In this document: positions 10,165 to 19,873 of the stretch, in pieces
Numbering within the stretch: position 1 is the stretch's first letter
Layout: every line of letters starts with the position of its first letter
Source: an uncultured Coxiellaceae bacterium
GTDB lineage: Bacteria; Pseudomonadota; Gammaproteobacteria; Diplorickettsiales; Diplorickettsiaceae
Assembly (NCBI GenBank): GCA_964444925.1
Contig: CAYUIV010000001.1
Span: 73,952 to 137,951, forward strand
Reading direction: 5' to 3'
Length of the DNA stretch: 64,000 bases
The notes under the pieces: generated by a model
Told to the model about the DNA's origin: nothing
Database searches by the model: none
Seen by the model: only the letters and a program-made list of their open reading frames with translations
Made by a program: the position numbers and the translations under genes

Positions 10165-10237
10165 GGGGCCATAGCTCAATTGGTAGAGCGCTTGCATGGC
10201 ATGTAAGAGGTCAGCGGTTCAAATCCGCTTGGCTCCA
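10165..10237 (+). tRNA. tRNA-Ala (anticodon GGC)
   Basis: 73-nt cloverleaf GGGGCCATAGCTCAATTGGTAGAGCGCTTGCATGGCATGTAAGAGGTCAGCGGTTCAAATCCGCTTGGCTCCA. Acceptor stem with the G3:U70 Ala identity pair and anticodon loop AT-GGC-AT. Nearly identical to E. coli alaW/alaX, which also neighbour gltX. Confidence 0.9.
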
Positions 10238-11436
10238 TTTCCTTCTTTTTTTGTAACGGTACAAAGCAAACGGCCTTGCGAAAGTTGTGCGATAATTGTT
10301 TCACCTCGGTGTACTTGATGTGTTGCATATATTGTTTCCCCATCGCTTTTTTTCTTCACAACGCAATAGCCTCGTGCCAATGTTCTTAAAGGATTAAAAC
10401 TTTCCAATGCACGTGTTAAATACGTTAACTGATCTTGTTTTTTTTCAAAGCGATATTGCCAAGTTTGCTGTAAACGACGTTCTAATTCATCAAAGTGCTG
10501 CGCATAATTTTCTAACTGTTGACCAGGATGGCACAAACCACGCTGAAGATACGCAACTTTTTGCATGTAGTGCTGCAACAGCGACTGCATTGCGATATAG
10601 AGCCGTTCTTTCAGTTGCAGTAGTAACTGCTGCCATTTTATCTGATCAGGACTTACCAATTCAGCTGCAGCTGAAGGGGTTGCAGCGCGAATATCAGCGA
10701 CAAAATCTGAAATTGTATGATCGGTTTCATGGCCAACTGCACTGATCAATGGAATATTGCTAGCATAGATTGCGCGCGCAACCACGATTTCATTAAAAGG
10801 CCATAAATCTTCTAAAGATCCGCCTCCTCTTGACACAATCAAAACATCACATTCTTGTCGCGCGTTAGCCATTGCAATCTGCATTGCAATTTCTTTTGCC
10901 GCATATTCTCCTTGTACAAGGGTTGGATAAATAATGATGCAAATTGCAGGAAAGCGTCGTTTTAAAACTGACAATATATCTTGAATTGCAGCACCTGTGG
11001 CAGAAGTAATGATACCTACTGTTTTGATAAAAGCAGGAAGTGGTTTTTTGTGTGTAGTACTAAATAATCCTTCTCTTTCCAGTTGTTTTTTTAAAACCTC
11101 AAACTGTTGGTATAAAAAACCTTCACCAGCTAGCTCTACCGCCTCGACATTGAGTTGAAATTCTCCTCTGGTTTCGTATAAACGCAAATTTGCATAGACA
11201 ACAACACGCTTTCCATCATGGATAACAACATTTTCCATGCGTTGTTTTCCATTAAAGAAGACACAACGTACTTGCGCTTTATCATCTTTTAAAGAGAAGT
11301 ACCAATGACCAGAACGTGGAACAGAAAAATTTGAGACTTCTCCAATAACTTTCAGTGTAGGAAAACAATCCGTTAACAAACAAGCGACCATTTGATTCAG
11401 TTCTGAAACCGAATGTAATACGTTACTTCTATTCAT
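10219..11436 (-). CDS. xseA: Exodeoxyribonuclease VII large subunit
   Basis: N-terminal OB-fold nucleic-acid-binding region followed by the XseA catalytic region (…IVSRGGGSLEDLWPFNEIVVARAI…ISAVGHETDHTISDFVAD). The 3' end overlaps the tRNA-Ala by 19 nt on the opposite strand. Confidence 0.85.
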   Translation of the reverse strand: MNRSNVLHSVSELNQMVACLLTDCFPTLKVIGEVSNFSVPRSGHWYFSLKDDKAQVRCVFFNGKQRMENVVIHDGKRVVVYANLRLYETRGEFQLNVEAVELAGEGFLYQQFEVLKKQLEREGLFSTTHKKPLPAFIKTVGIITSATGAAIQDILSVLKRRFPAICIIIYPTLVQGEYAAKEIAMQIAMANARQECDVLIVSRGGGSLEDLWPFNEIVVARAIYASNIPLISAVGHETDHTISDFVADIRAATPSAAAELVSPDQIKWQQLLLQLKERLYIAMQSLLQHYMQKVAYLQRGLCHPGQQLENYAQHFDELERRLQQTWQYRFEKKQDQLTYLTRALESFNPLRTLARGYCVVKKKSDGETIYATHQVHRGETIIAQLSQGRLLCTVTKKEGNGAKRI

Positions 11437-11654
11437 GAATGCAATGTGTTTTATTAAAAAAAATCAATTGTAAACTAGGTTTTTATTGCATCGGTGTAAT
11501 AAATAGCACATACATGATATTTTTATTTTTTATCCATTGTATACTTTAATATTTGAATACTTATCATTTGCACTCTTTTGCGGTAGCTAGTTAAAATACA
11601 TTGTATTTAATTTAAAAAGTCATATCGATCATTTTAGTAAAAAAATCTATTGTT

Positions 11655-13979
11655 TTGAAAAAGAATTTACAACCTTCTCGATTTATTGAATCCTCTATAG
11701 AACCGCAACAACTGACGCTAAAACACCGTTTTTTAGAAGGGTTTGCAATTACTTGTATTGCAATTGGTTTATTTTTGACTATCTCAATGATGAGCTATCG
11801 TCACTCTCGTACAACAGTACAACTGATACTCAACACTGCCAGTAATATGGGAGGTGAGATAGGATACTATATGGCACACTGGTTATTGATTAGCGTGGGT
11901 ACGATGGCTTATCTACTCCCCCCCATGTTTATCTATATTGGCATTTTGAGTTTTAGAAACCGTTTAGTCGAGCAATTTTTAGATTGGCGCTCAGATTATC
12001 TATTAGCGTTGTCGCAACTTTTTGGCTTTACATTAATTGTAATTGCTGGCTGTGGATTTAATGCAAGCTTTAATTTTCATAATACAGCACCTTACCCCGG
12101 TGGATTAGTGGGACTTTATATTGATATTCATCTCAGTCAATTTTTAGGGATCATCGGTGTTCGTGTTTTCCTAACAGCATTGTTACTGACAGGGATTACT
12201 GTAAGTACAGGCATCTCTTGGATTCGGATTGCAGATCAAATAGGCCAGTGGCTTTTAGTTAGCATTCAAAAAATCTATCACTCTTTTAAAAAAGTTAAGA
12301 AAAGTACAAATGAGTGGGTCATACCCATTTTTAATGAAAAATTAGTACAGCCTGAAGACTTTAAACACGATAAAAAGCATCTTTCTTTAACAGAACCTTT
12401 AAAAACAAGAGATAAAATTGCATCTGTAAAAATACAGCCCAAAAAATCTACCGAGTCAAACACGTTGACTGTCCCACATACTTTTGACTTAGATAAGCTG
12501 CCGCCTCCTTTAACGCTGCTTGATTTACCTTTACAAGAGAAGCAGCAGGAAACATATAGCACAGATGAGCTAGAGACTTTATCACGCGAAATAGAATTGA
12601 GATTAAAAGATTTTGGTATTTTAGTTACTGTAGTTGGTGTGTATCCAGGCCCTGTTGTTACCCGATTTGAAATGAACTTAGCACCTGGTATCAAAGCGAA
12701 CCGTATCACAGTACTTGCCACTGATCTTGCACGTTCATTGTCAGTGATCAGTGTCCGTGTCGTAGAAATTATTCCTGGAAAATCATTCGTGGGTCTAGAG
12801 CTACCTAATCGTCATCGCGAAATTGTTAAATTGCGTGAGATCTTAGATTCGCCAGCCTATAAAGAAATGTCTTCACCCCTTGCCATGGCGCTTGGCAAAG
12901 ATATTGCTGGAAACCCTTCTGTACTCGATTTAAGTAAAATGCCACATTTACTTGTGGCAGGAACGACGGGATCAGGAAAATCCGTTGGATTAAATGCAAT
13001 GATTTTAAGTGCTTTATATAAAGCAACACCAGATCAAGTGCGGTTGATCATGATTGATCCTAAAATGCTTGAGCTATCTATTTACGAGCGCATCCCTCAC
13101 CTACTCGCACCAGTTGTAACAGATATGAAAAAAGCAGCCAATGCATTGCAATGGTGTATTAATGAGATGGAAAGGCGGTATCAATTAATGTCTATGTTAG
13201 GTGTACGTAATTTAGCAGGATACAATGAAAAAGTGACAAAGGCACATTCAGAAGGTCAACCTTTGGTTAATCCTTTGGTATTAGAATCGGAAAAAGTGGC
13301 TAATGAAGCAGAGTTATTAAACACTTTACCTTATATTTTAGTTCTGATTGATGAATTTGCTGATATGATTATGGTTGTTGGTAAAAAAGTAGAAGAGTTA
13401 ATTGCCCGTTTAGCGCAAAAAGCACGAGCAGCCGGTATTCATCTTATTCTGGCAACACAAAGACCTTCAGTCGATGTGATTACAGGATTGATTAAAGCAA
13501 ATATTCCAGCACGTATTGCATTTCAAGTATCTTCTCGAATTGATTCAAGGACCATTTTGGATCAACAAGGTGCAGAACAATTGCTTGGACATGGGGATAT
13601 GTTATACATGTCGCCGGGTACGGGTGTACCTTTTCGTATTCATGGGGCCTTTGTAGCAGATCATGAAGTACATAAAGTAGTAGAAGCTTTAAAACAAGCA
13701 GGTCCTGCGAATTATCAAATTATTTTTTCTGAAACGAACTCCGAACAGGGTGAATCAGAATTTTCTACACAAAGTGATGTGGAAAATGATCCTTTGTATA
13801 ATAAAGCAGTAGAAGTAGTGCTTGAAACACGCAGAGCTTCTATTTCTAATGTACAGCGTCGTTTAAAAATTGGATACAATCGTGCGGCTACATTACTTGA
13901 AGCAATGGAGAAAGCCGGTATCGTCAGTGCTATGGAAACCAATGGAAAACGTGAAGTCTTAGTACCAGATAAAATGTAG
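11655..13979 (+). CDS. ftsK: DNA translocase FtsK (TTG start)
   Basis: N-terminal transmembrane segments and a Pro/Gln-rich linker. Motor domain with Walker [15 protein letters not shown] and the [11 protein letters not shown] box. C-terminal gamma (KOPS-binding winged-helix) domain …[43 protein letters not shown]. Confidence 0.9.
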   Translation: MKKNLQPSRFIESSIEPQQLTLKHRFLEGFAITCIAIGLFLTISMMSYRHSRTTVQLILNTASNMGGEIGYYMAHWLLISVGTMAYLLPPMFIYIGILSFRNRLVEQFLDWRSDYLLALSQLFGFTLIVIAGCGFNASFNFHNTAPYPGGLVGLYIDIHLSQFLGIIGVRVFLTALLLTGITVSTGISWIRIADQIGQWLLVSIQKIYHSFKKVKKSTNEWVIPIFNEKLVQPEDFKHDKKHLSLTEPLKTRDKIASVKIQPKKSTESNTLTVPHTFDLDKLPPPLTLLDLPLQEKQQETYSTDELETLSREIELRLKDFGILVTVVGVYPGPVVTRFEMNLAPGIKANRITVLATDLARSLSVISVRVVEIIPGKSFVGLELPNRHREIVKLREILDSPAYKEMSSPLAMALGKDIAGNPSVLDLSKMPHLLVAGTTGSGKSVGLNAMILSALYKATPDQVRLIMIDPKMLELSIYERIPHLLAPVVTDMKKAANALQWCINEMERRYQLMSMLGVRNLAGYNEKVTKAHSEGQPLVNPLVLESEKVANEAELLNTLPYILVLIDEFADMIMVVGKKVEELIARLAQKARAAGIHLILATQRPSVDVITGLIKANIPARIAFQVSSRIDSRTILDQQGAEQLLGHGDMLYMSPGTGVPFRIHGAFVADHEVHKVVEALKQAGPANYQIIFSETNSEQGESEFSTQSDVENDPLYNKAVEVVLETRRASISNVQRRLKIGYNRAATLLEAMEKAGIVSAMETNGKREVLVPDKM

Positions 13980-14064
13980 TCCTACTTTTAAAGGTACACT
14001 ATCGATTAATTTATTTATTTTCTTCAAGCACTTTCACTTATTTTTATATTTTTTTAAAGTATTT

Positions 14065-14325
14065 ATGATTTCTCTAGAAAAAACACATCACATTCAAAAA
14101 CGTATTAAAGCGATTGTTTCCGATATTCTTAATGTAGACGTAACGATAATTAAACCTGATACGAAATTAAAGAGCGAATTAAATATTGATTCTTTAGAAT
14201 TAGCAGAATTGCTGCTTCACATTGAGTCTGAATTTAAAGTCTATATTTCAGATACACATGCTCAAAAAATTCAAACAATGCAAGAATTAGTCGATTATAT
14301 TAGTCAACAGCCAAGTCGCAAATGA
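14065..14325 (+). CDS. Acyl carrier protein, atypical (86 aa, with N- and C-terminal extensions and a less acidic composition)
   Basis: Aligns with AcpP across the core (IQKRIKAIVSDILNV…LNIDSLELAELLLHIESEF…ELVDYI vs IEERVKKIIGEQLGV…LGADSLDTVELVMALEEEF…AAIDYI), with the phosphopantetheine serine in DSL. It occupies the acpP slot upstream of fabF. Confidence 0.6.
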   Translation: MISLEKTHHIQKRIKAIVSDILNVDVTIIKPDTKLKSELNIDSLELAELLLHIESEFKVYISDTHAQKIQTMQELVDYISQQPSRK

Positions 14326-14344
14326 TCATAAGTATCGTTTTAAA

Positions 14345-15613
14345 ATGAATAGTTCAAAAAGACGTGTTGTCGTCACAGGCATAGGTATAGTAAGTGCGTT
14401 GGGATCAAATGTGAAAGAAACATGGCAGCGTGTGCTTAAAGGGGAAAGCAACGTCAGTATGATAGAAAATACACGTATGCATAAGCAAGCTTGTCATTTC
14501 TCGAGTGCAATCAAGCAATTTGTATTGCCAACAAGCTTTAAAACGAGACAGTTAAAAAGAATGGATTTATTCGTTCAATATGGATTATGTGCCGCACGTG
14601 AAGCGATTTTTGATGCGAATCTACTCTCCTCTTCTTTTTCTTTTGAACGTGTGGGCGTTAGTATTGGTTCTGGTTTGGGCGGTTTAGATACACTTGATCA
14701 ACAAAATATTTCGTTGTTTAAAGCCAATGCAAAAGTGCAGCACAGTGAATGTTTTATCTCGCCCTTTTTTATTCCTAACACGATTATTAATACGGTATCT
14801 GGTGTTTGTGCAATGGAATATGGTTTTAAAGGTCCAAATTTTTCAGTCGTTTCTGCCTGTAGTACCGGCGGACATAACATTGGACTAGGTGCACGTACAA
14901 TTGCATACAATGATGCGGACGTTATGGTTGTAGGTGGAACTGAATATGCCAGTGCGTTATTAAGTCTGAAAGGTTTTTCTGCATGTCATGCACTTTCTAC
15001 TCATAATCAAGCCCCACAAAAAGCATCACGTCCATGGGATAAAAAGCGAGATGGTTTTGTCTTAGGTGATGGTGCAGGCGTATTGGTACTTGAAGAATAT
15101 GAACAAGCGTTAAAGCGAGGTGCCTACCTTTACGGTGAAATTACAGGTTTTGGAATGAGTGCAGATGCACATGACCTTGTCGCACCTGATCCTCAAGGCC
15201 AAGGCGCAGCATTAGCCATGAGAAATGCATTAAAAGATGCCAATCTTACCCCCAAGGCAATTGATTATTTGAATGCACATGCCACTTCAACATGGGCGGG
15301 TGATATTGCTGAAATGCATGCAATTAAACAAGTCTTCAAAGAGCATGTCATGACGATGAAGATGAGTGCTACTAAATCAATAACAGGACATTTATTAGGT
15401 GCTGCAGGCGCAATAGAAACTATTTTTTGTCTTTTAGCAATTAAAGAGCAAGTTGTTCCACCGACTATTAATATCGATCAACCCGATGATTTTTGCTACG
15501 GTCTTAATGTAGTGCCTTATCATGCACAACGCGGTATCATCCAACATACGTTAACTAATGCATTTGGTTTTGGTGGTACAAACTCTTCTCTTATTCTCAG
15601 TAAAATATGTTAA
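14345..15613 (+). CDS. fabF: 3-oxoacyl-ACP synthase II (KAS II, FabF-like)
   Basis: RRVVVTGIGIVSALG at the N-terminus. Active-site Cys in VVSACSTGGHNIG. Catalytic His residues in NAHATSTWAGD and KSITGHLLGAAGA. C-terminal FGFGGTN motif. Confidence 0.8.
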   Translation: MNSSKRRVVVTGIGIVSALGSNVKETWQRVLKGESNVSMIENTRMHKQACHFSSAIKQFVLPTSFKTRQLKRMDLFVQYGLCAAREAIFDANLLSSSFSFERVGVSIGSGLGGLDTLDQQNISLFKANAKVQHSECFISPFFIPNTIINTVSGVCAMEYGFKGPNFSVVSACSTGGHNIGLGARTIAYNDADVMVVGGTEYASALLSLKGFSACHALSTHNQAPQKASRPWDKKRDGFVLGDGAGVLVLEEYEQALKRGAYLYGEITGFGMSADAHDLVAPDPQGQGAALAMRNALKDANLTPKAIDYLNAHATSTWAGDIAEMHAIKQVFKEHVMTMKMSATKSITGHLLGAAGAIETIFCLLAIKEQVVPPTINIDQPDDFCYGLNVVPYHAQRGIIQHTLTNAFGFGGTNSSLILSKIC

Positions 15614-15662
15614 ATTAAAACATTAACGTTTTATTCTTTTAAAATACAAAATAAGGAAAATT

Positions 15663-16703
15663 TTGTTACATAAGATATCCATTCAGTATCGGATCATTTT
15701 CATTGCGTTACTCATTTATGCCCTCCTTTTCCTTCCTTTCTACAGCCTCAAAATAGCACGATTTATCTTCACGCCCTTTAGTATAGATCGCCCTTTTATC
15801 TATTATCTAAGACCACACTCTAATATTTACCATTTGACGGCCGACTTAGTGGAAAAAAATGCCATTAAAAATCCACGCTTATTTTTGTTACTAGCCTACT
15901 ACAAGCGGGCAGTTGATACACTGAAAACAGGTGAATATTACTTTGATGCACACACAACTCCGATAGATTGTTTAGAAAAAGTGAAAGCCGGTACAGTGCT
16001 GTTGCATCGATTTACTATTGTTGAAGGCTGGACTGCTGAACAGTTGCTAAATACAATGGCATACCATAAACAGTTGACTCTTATACCTAAAACAGAGATA
16101 TTAGCCGTATTGAAAGCAATTTGGCCTGATGTCACACAATTAGAAGGCCTTTTTTTTGCAGCCAGTTATAATTATGCGCATGGAACAACAGCAATTCAAA
16201 TTTTAAAAAAAGCTTCTTTGCTCATGAAAGAAAAATTACTTGAGGCTTGGAAGCAAAGAGATGAAAATTTGCCGTGGAAAAATTATTACGAAGCATTGAT
16301 TGCGGCCTCACTTGTTGAAAAAGAAACAGCTGAGCCAAAAGAACGTGCAAAAATTGCAGGCGTTATTATTAGACGGTTAAAAAAAAATATGCCTTTACAG
16401 ATTAATGCCAGTGTTATTTACGGCATGAAAGAAAATTACCAAGGATTTTTGTACACAACTGATTTAAAAGTAGATACGCCGTATAATACATACACACGAC
16501 GCGGTTTGCCTCCTTCTCCAATTGGTATTCCAAGCCTTGCATCGATTATAGCAGTACTACATCCTGATCAGGGCAATACTTTATACTTTGTGACTAAAGG
16601 AGATGGTAGTCATCAATTCAGTGATACATTAGAAGAGCATCACAAAGCAGTAAATAATTACCGAAAATATATGCGACTTAAATTATTATCAAAATCGCCG
16701 TAA
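15663..16703 (+). CDS. mltG: Endolytic murein transglycosylase MltG (YceG) (TTG start)
   Basis: Full-length colinearity with E. coli MltG (…LVEKETAEPKERAKIAGVIIRRLKKNMPLQINASVIYG…YNTYTRRGLPPSPIG…). Sits in the conserved fabF-(pabC)-mltG-tmk-holB order. Confidence 0.8.
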   Translation: MLHKISIQYRIIFIALLIYALLFLPFYSLKIARFIFTPFSIDRPFIYYLRPHSNIYHLTADLVEKNAIKNPRLFLLLAYYKRAVDTLKTGEYYFDAHTTPIDCLEKVKAGTVLLHRFTIVEGWTAEQLLNTMAYHKQLTLIPKTEILAVLKAIWPDVTQLEGLFFAASYNYAHGTTAIQILKKASLLMKEKLLEAWKQRDENLPWKNYYEALIAASLVEKETAEPKERAKIAGVIIRRLKKNMPLQINASVIYGMKENYQGFLYTTDLKVDTPYNTYTRRGLPPSPIGIPSLASIIAVLHPDQGNTLYFVTKGDGSHQFSDTLEEHHKAVNNYRKYMRLKLLSKSP

Positions 16704-16767
16704 CATTTTAGACTGTAGCGCAACTTAAAATAGGGCTACAATATGTATTTAAAACACATATTGTATT

Positions 16768-17406
16768 ATGAAAAAAGGCTATCTTATTTGTCTAGAAGGT
16801 ATTGAAGGCACAGGCAAAACAACTCAAGCGAATCTTCTTTATCATCACTTACTAAAAAAAAAGTATGATGTTGTCATGACAAGAGAGCCAGGTGGCACTG
16901 TCTTTGCAGAATCCATTCGCCAGCTAATTTTATATCCTTCAAAAAATTGTGAGCCTTTATCAAAAGAAGCAGAGCTCCTTCTTTTGTTTGCAGCACGCGC
17001 GCAACACGTACAGTATTTTATTAAACCTGCACTCAATGCAATGCAGTGGGTTATTTGCGATCGATTTATAGAAGCAAGTTATGCTTATCAAGGCGGCGGT
17101 AGAGAAATCTCAGAGCATTTTATTACACAGCTTGAAGAAGTAGTGGTTGGTACAGTTGCAATAGATTGCGTGCTATTACTGGACATACCTGTTCCTATTG
17201 CATTAAAACGTATGCTAAAACGTGATCCATCTACTAATCTTGATCGCATTGAAAATGAGCAAGCCGTTTTTTTCAGAAAAGTACGCGCCGCTTATTTGAA
17301 AAGAGCAGCACAATACCCTGCACGATATTATATTGTTGATGCCAGTCAGTCTATTGAACAAGTACATCAGCAGATCATAAAACAGTTAGAGACGTTTAAT
17401 GTTTAA
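16768..17406 (+). CDS. tmk: Thymidylate kinase
   Basis: P-loop LEGIEGTGKTTQ, the DRF/DRY box (ICDRFIEASYAYQGGGR) and a lid region. Confidence 0.9.
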   Translation: MKKGYLICLEGIEGTGKTTQANLLYHHLLKKKYDVVMTREPGGTVFAESIRQLILYPSKNCEPLSKEAELLLLFAARAQHVQYFIKPALNAMQWVICDRFIEASYAYQGGGREISEHFITQLEEVVVGTVAIDCVLLLDIPVPIALKRMLKRDPSTNLDRIENEQAVFFRKVRAAYLKRAAQYPARYYIVDASQSIEQVHQQIIKQLETFNV

Positions 17407-18475
17407 TCAAGAAAAGTTAAATACTTTACTTTCTCACATCACAGTGCCCCTACCTTGGCACGAATTTCTTTGGAAGCGTCTCTATACCCATCTATCTCAA
17501 GATCGGTTACCGCATACACTGTTGCTACAAGCAGGTACTCGGTTGGTAAGTCAGCAATTTGCAACAGCATTCGCTCAATTGGTACTCTGTCAAGTCCCTA
17601 TTATTGATCCTGAAAAAAATATTTATTTAAGCTGTCATGCATGTCACACTTGCCAGCTATTTCTTGCAGGTACTCATCCTAACTATTATTTTTTAGGAGA
17701 GACAAAAGAGAGCAGCGGAGAACGTCATCGTCTAATCACAATGACGCATGTTCGATCATTAATTACCGCCTTGTTGAAAACACCAAGTACCACTACGCCT
17801 CATGCCTACCATACCGTTATTCTTATTGAAGCATTTGAATCATTGAACCCTATGACCAGTAATGCTTTACTCAAAATTTTGGAAGAACCCAGTCCTGGTA
17901 TTCTCTTTTTGATCACCACTATCTATCCAAAAAAGTTATTACAAACGATTCAAAGCCGATGTCAATTACTCCATTTACTAAATCCTACTTTACAAGAGGC
18001 AAAGCAATGGTTAACTGCACAAACTACTACTTATTCTTTAAAAATCACAGACACCTTTGCGCTTAAAGTGGCTTTAGATCTCAGTGAAAACGATCCCATG
18101 GTGGCATTACAACATGTAGCAGATGGCTCTTTTAATATCTATCGTTTACTTTTGCAGTCATTGATTGCGATGCAGTGCAAAAGTGTGAACCCAGGGCAAA
18201 TTGCAGAAAGATGGAACCAGTATCCCATTGATACGGTACTTTACTACTTTATTTATCTGATTTATCAACTCATTCGATGGCAATTAGGTATTGATGCAAT
18301 TGATTGCGGTAAAGACATTGTTCATGAGGAAGTCAAAACACTTCTCCAACAAAAAGATATTTTTTTTCTTTTTACTTATTTAGACACGCTACAAGCGATG
18401 CAACATATGATTACACTTTATACCTTAAATACGCTGATTTGTTTTGAACATTTAGCTTATTGTTTTATATCATAG
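17399..18475 (+). CDS. holB: DNA polymerase III delta-prime subunit
   Basis: AAA+ clamp-loader fold without an intact Walker A, a zinc module CHACHTCQ, and the SRC motif (IQSRCQ). In the conserved position after tmk, overlapping it by 8 nt. Confidence 0.75.
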   Translation: MFNQEKLNTLLSHITVPLPWHEFLWKRLYTHLSQDRLPHTLLLQAGTRLVSQQFATAFAQLVLCQVPIIDPEKNIYLSCHACHTCQLFLAGTHPNYYFLGETKESSGERHRLITMTHVRSLITALLKTPSTTTPHAYHTVILIEAFESLNPMTSNALLKILEEPSPGILFLITTIYPKKLLQTIQSRCQLLHLLNPTLQEAKQWLTAQTTTYSLKITDTFALKVALDLSENDPMVALQHVADGSFNIYRLLLQSLIAMQCKSVNPGQIAERWNQYPIDTVLYYFIYLIYQLIRWQLGIDAIDCGKDIVHEEVKTLLQQKDIFFLFTYLDTLQAMQHMITLYTLNTLICFEHLAYCFIS

Positions 18476-18634
18476 ACAATATCTGACTATCTTACTTTTA
18501 TTTACCTACTCCTCAATATAAAGTTTAAGCTTCTTCTACGACTCAATCAGTATTTGGGACCCAAAGTTTTAATGAGAAAAGCACCTACGTACCATCTAAA
18601 ACTTGTGAGCACTTTTTGTATTGACCCTATTAAT

Positions 18635-19741
18635 TTACCTTGTTTTGATGATTTTTTTAGAGTCTGCTCCATATTTTATGAGTAAGTTAACGCTATTTTC
18701 ATTTTTCATTGATATAGCCGTACGCAATGCTTTATTTTTGTTAAAGTGCTTAGGGCTTTCGGACAAATGCCTGATTGTTTTCAATAAGAGCGCTAAGATC
18801 GTTGTATCTTCTTTGGCTGTTATGACTGCAAGTTCTAGAAAATCTTGTGAACACGAATTAATGTCATACGCTTTATTTTGCGTAAGAAACTCGACTACAG
18901 CTGCATGTTTTTCATGGATTGCAATGGTCAATGGACTGTCTTTGTCCTCATTTACAACGTTTAAGCGTACCTTATGGTGTTTTAGTAGTTTGAATACAGG
19001 AAGGTGACCCCATAAAGCCGCTAAGAAAATAGATTGATTTCCTTGCATATCGACATGATTTAAATCTAATTTTTTTTCTTTCTTTTGAAGACAGCGATTA
19101 AGAAGTATCCAATCATGGTACCTTAATGCCCAATTAATCCACAAGTGCTGCGCTTGTGTCAGTGAATGAATTGCCTCTTCGTTGTCATGTTTATCTATAA
19201 CAGTTGACATTGACTGTCCTTGGTTTTGATCCGTTAAATCTACATCATATGCTTGCAGTAAACGCATCACTGCATCATTGTTTGGTTTCGAATCAGCTGC
19301 GACACACTGTGCTTTTGCTTTGTCAAAATGCTTAGGTATTTTAGGTAAATACCTAATATTTTCTAGCAAGAGTGCTAAGATACTTGTATCTTCTTTAGCT
19401 GTCATGACTGCAAGTTCTAAAAAATCTTGTGAACATGCAGCAATGTTATATGCTTTTCTTTGCATGAGAAACTGAACTACTTCCACATGTTTTTCATGAA
19501 TCGCAAAAGCTAATGGACTATCTCCATGCTCATCTGCGACATTTAAGCGTACACCATCGCGTGCTAATCTTTCTAGTTCTTTAGTTTCACCTTGTAAAGC
19601 CGCTAAGAAAACCGATTGATTTTGCGTATCAACATGATTCAAATCGGATGACTCTTTTTGCTTTTTAAACAAAATCTTAAGCTTTTCTAAACGAGTCTTA
19701 AGTGAATCTATGTTAGAAATAGAATGATCGGATGGGTTCAT
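18635..19741 (-). CDS. Ankyrin-like repeat protein with an internal tandem duplication of about 115 aa
   Basis: Two near-identical halves (…LNHVDTQNQSVFLAALQGE…DSPLAFAIHEKHVEVVQFLMQRKAYNI…SQDFLELAVMTAKEDTSILALLLENI… vs …LNHVDMQGNQSIFLAALWGH…DSPLTIAIHEKHAAVVEFLTQNKAYDI…SQDFLELAVITAKEDTTILALLLKTI…). The DNA-level direct repeat is visible. Confidence 0.8.
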   Translation of the reverse strand: MNPSDHSISNIDSLKTRLEKLKILFKKQKESSDLNHVDTQNQSVFLAALQGETKELERLARDGVRLNVADEHGDSPLAFAIHEKHVEVVQFLMQRKAYNIAACSQDFLELAVMTAKEDTSILALLLENIRYLPKIPKHFDKAKAQCVAADSKPNNDAVMRLLQAYDVDLTDQNQGQSMSTVIDKHDNEEAIHSLTQAQHLWINWALRYHDWILLNRCLQKKEKKLDLNHVDMQGNQSIFLAALWGHLPVFKLLKHHKVRLNVVNEDKDSPLTIAIHEKHAAVVEFLTQNKAYDINSCSQDFLELAVITAKEDTTILALLLKTIRHLSESPKHFNKNKALRTAISMKNENSVNLLIKYGADSKKIIKTR

Positions 19742-19873
19742 GATAGATACAGTATTAGAAGTTTAAAAGTGTTGATGACAAAATACATAGAGAAAAAAAC
19801 CATTGACTTTCAATCAAAAGCATCTTTTCATTGAGTACAGGAAGAATTAATATGCATTTTTAGAATCAATCAT

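Noticed and set aside
10407-10745. 112-aa plus-strand ORF
   Set aside because: Antisense within xseA.
12278-13942. Minus-strand ORFs 12278-12721, 12826-13029 and 13715-13942
   Set aside because: All lie antisense within the ftsK coding sequence. The Ser/Gly-rich translation comes from reading the reverse strand of the Pro/Gln linker.
18621-19475. Plus-strand ORFs 18621-19007 (128 aa) and 19278-19475 (65 aa)
   Set aside because: Antisense shadows of the ankyrin gene. Their mutual similarity merely mirrors the intragenic duplication on the other strand.
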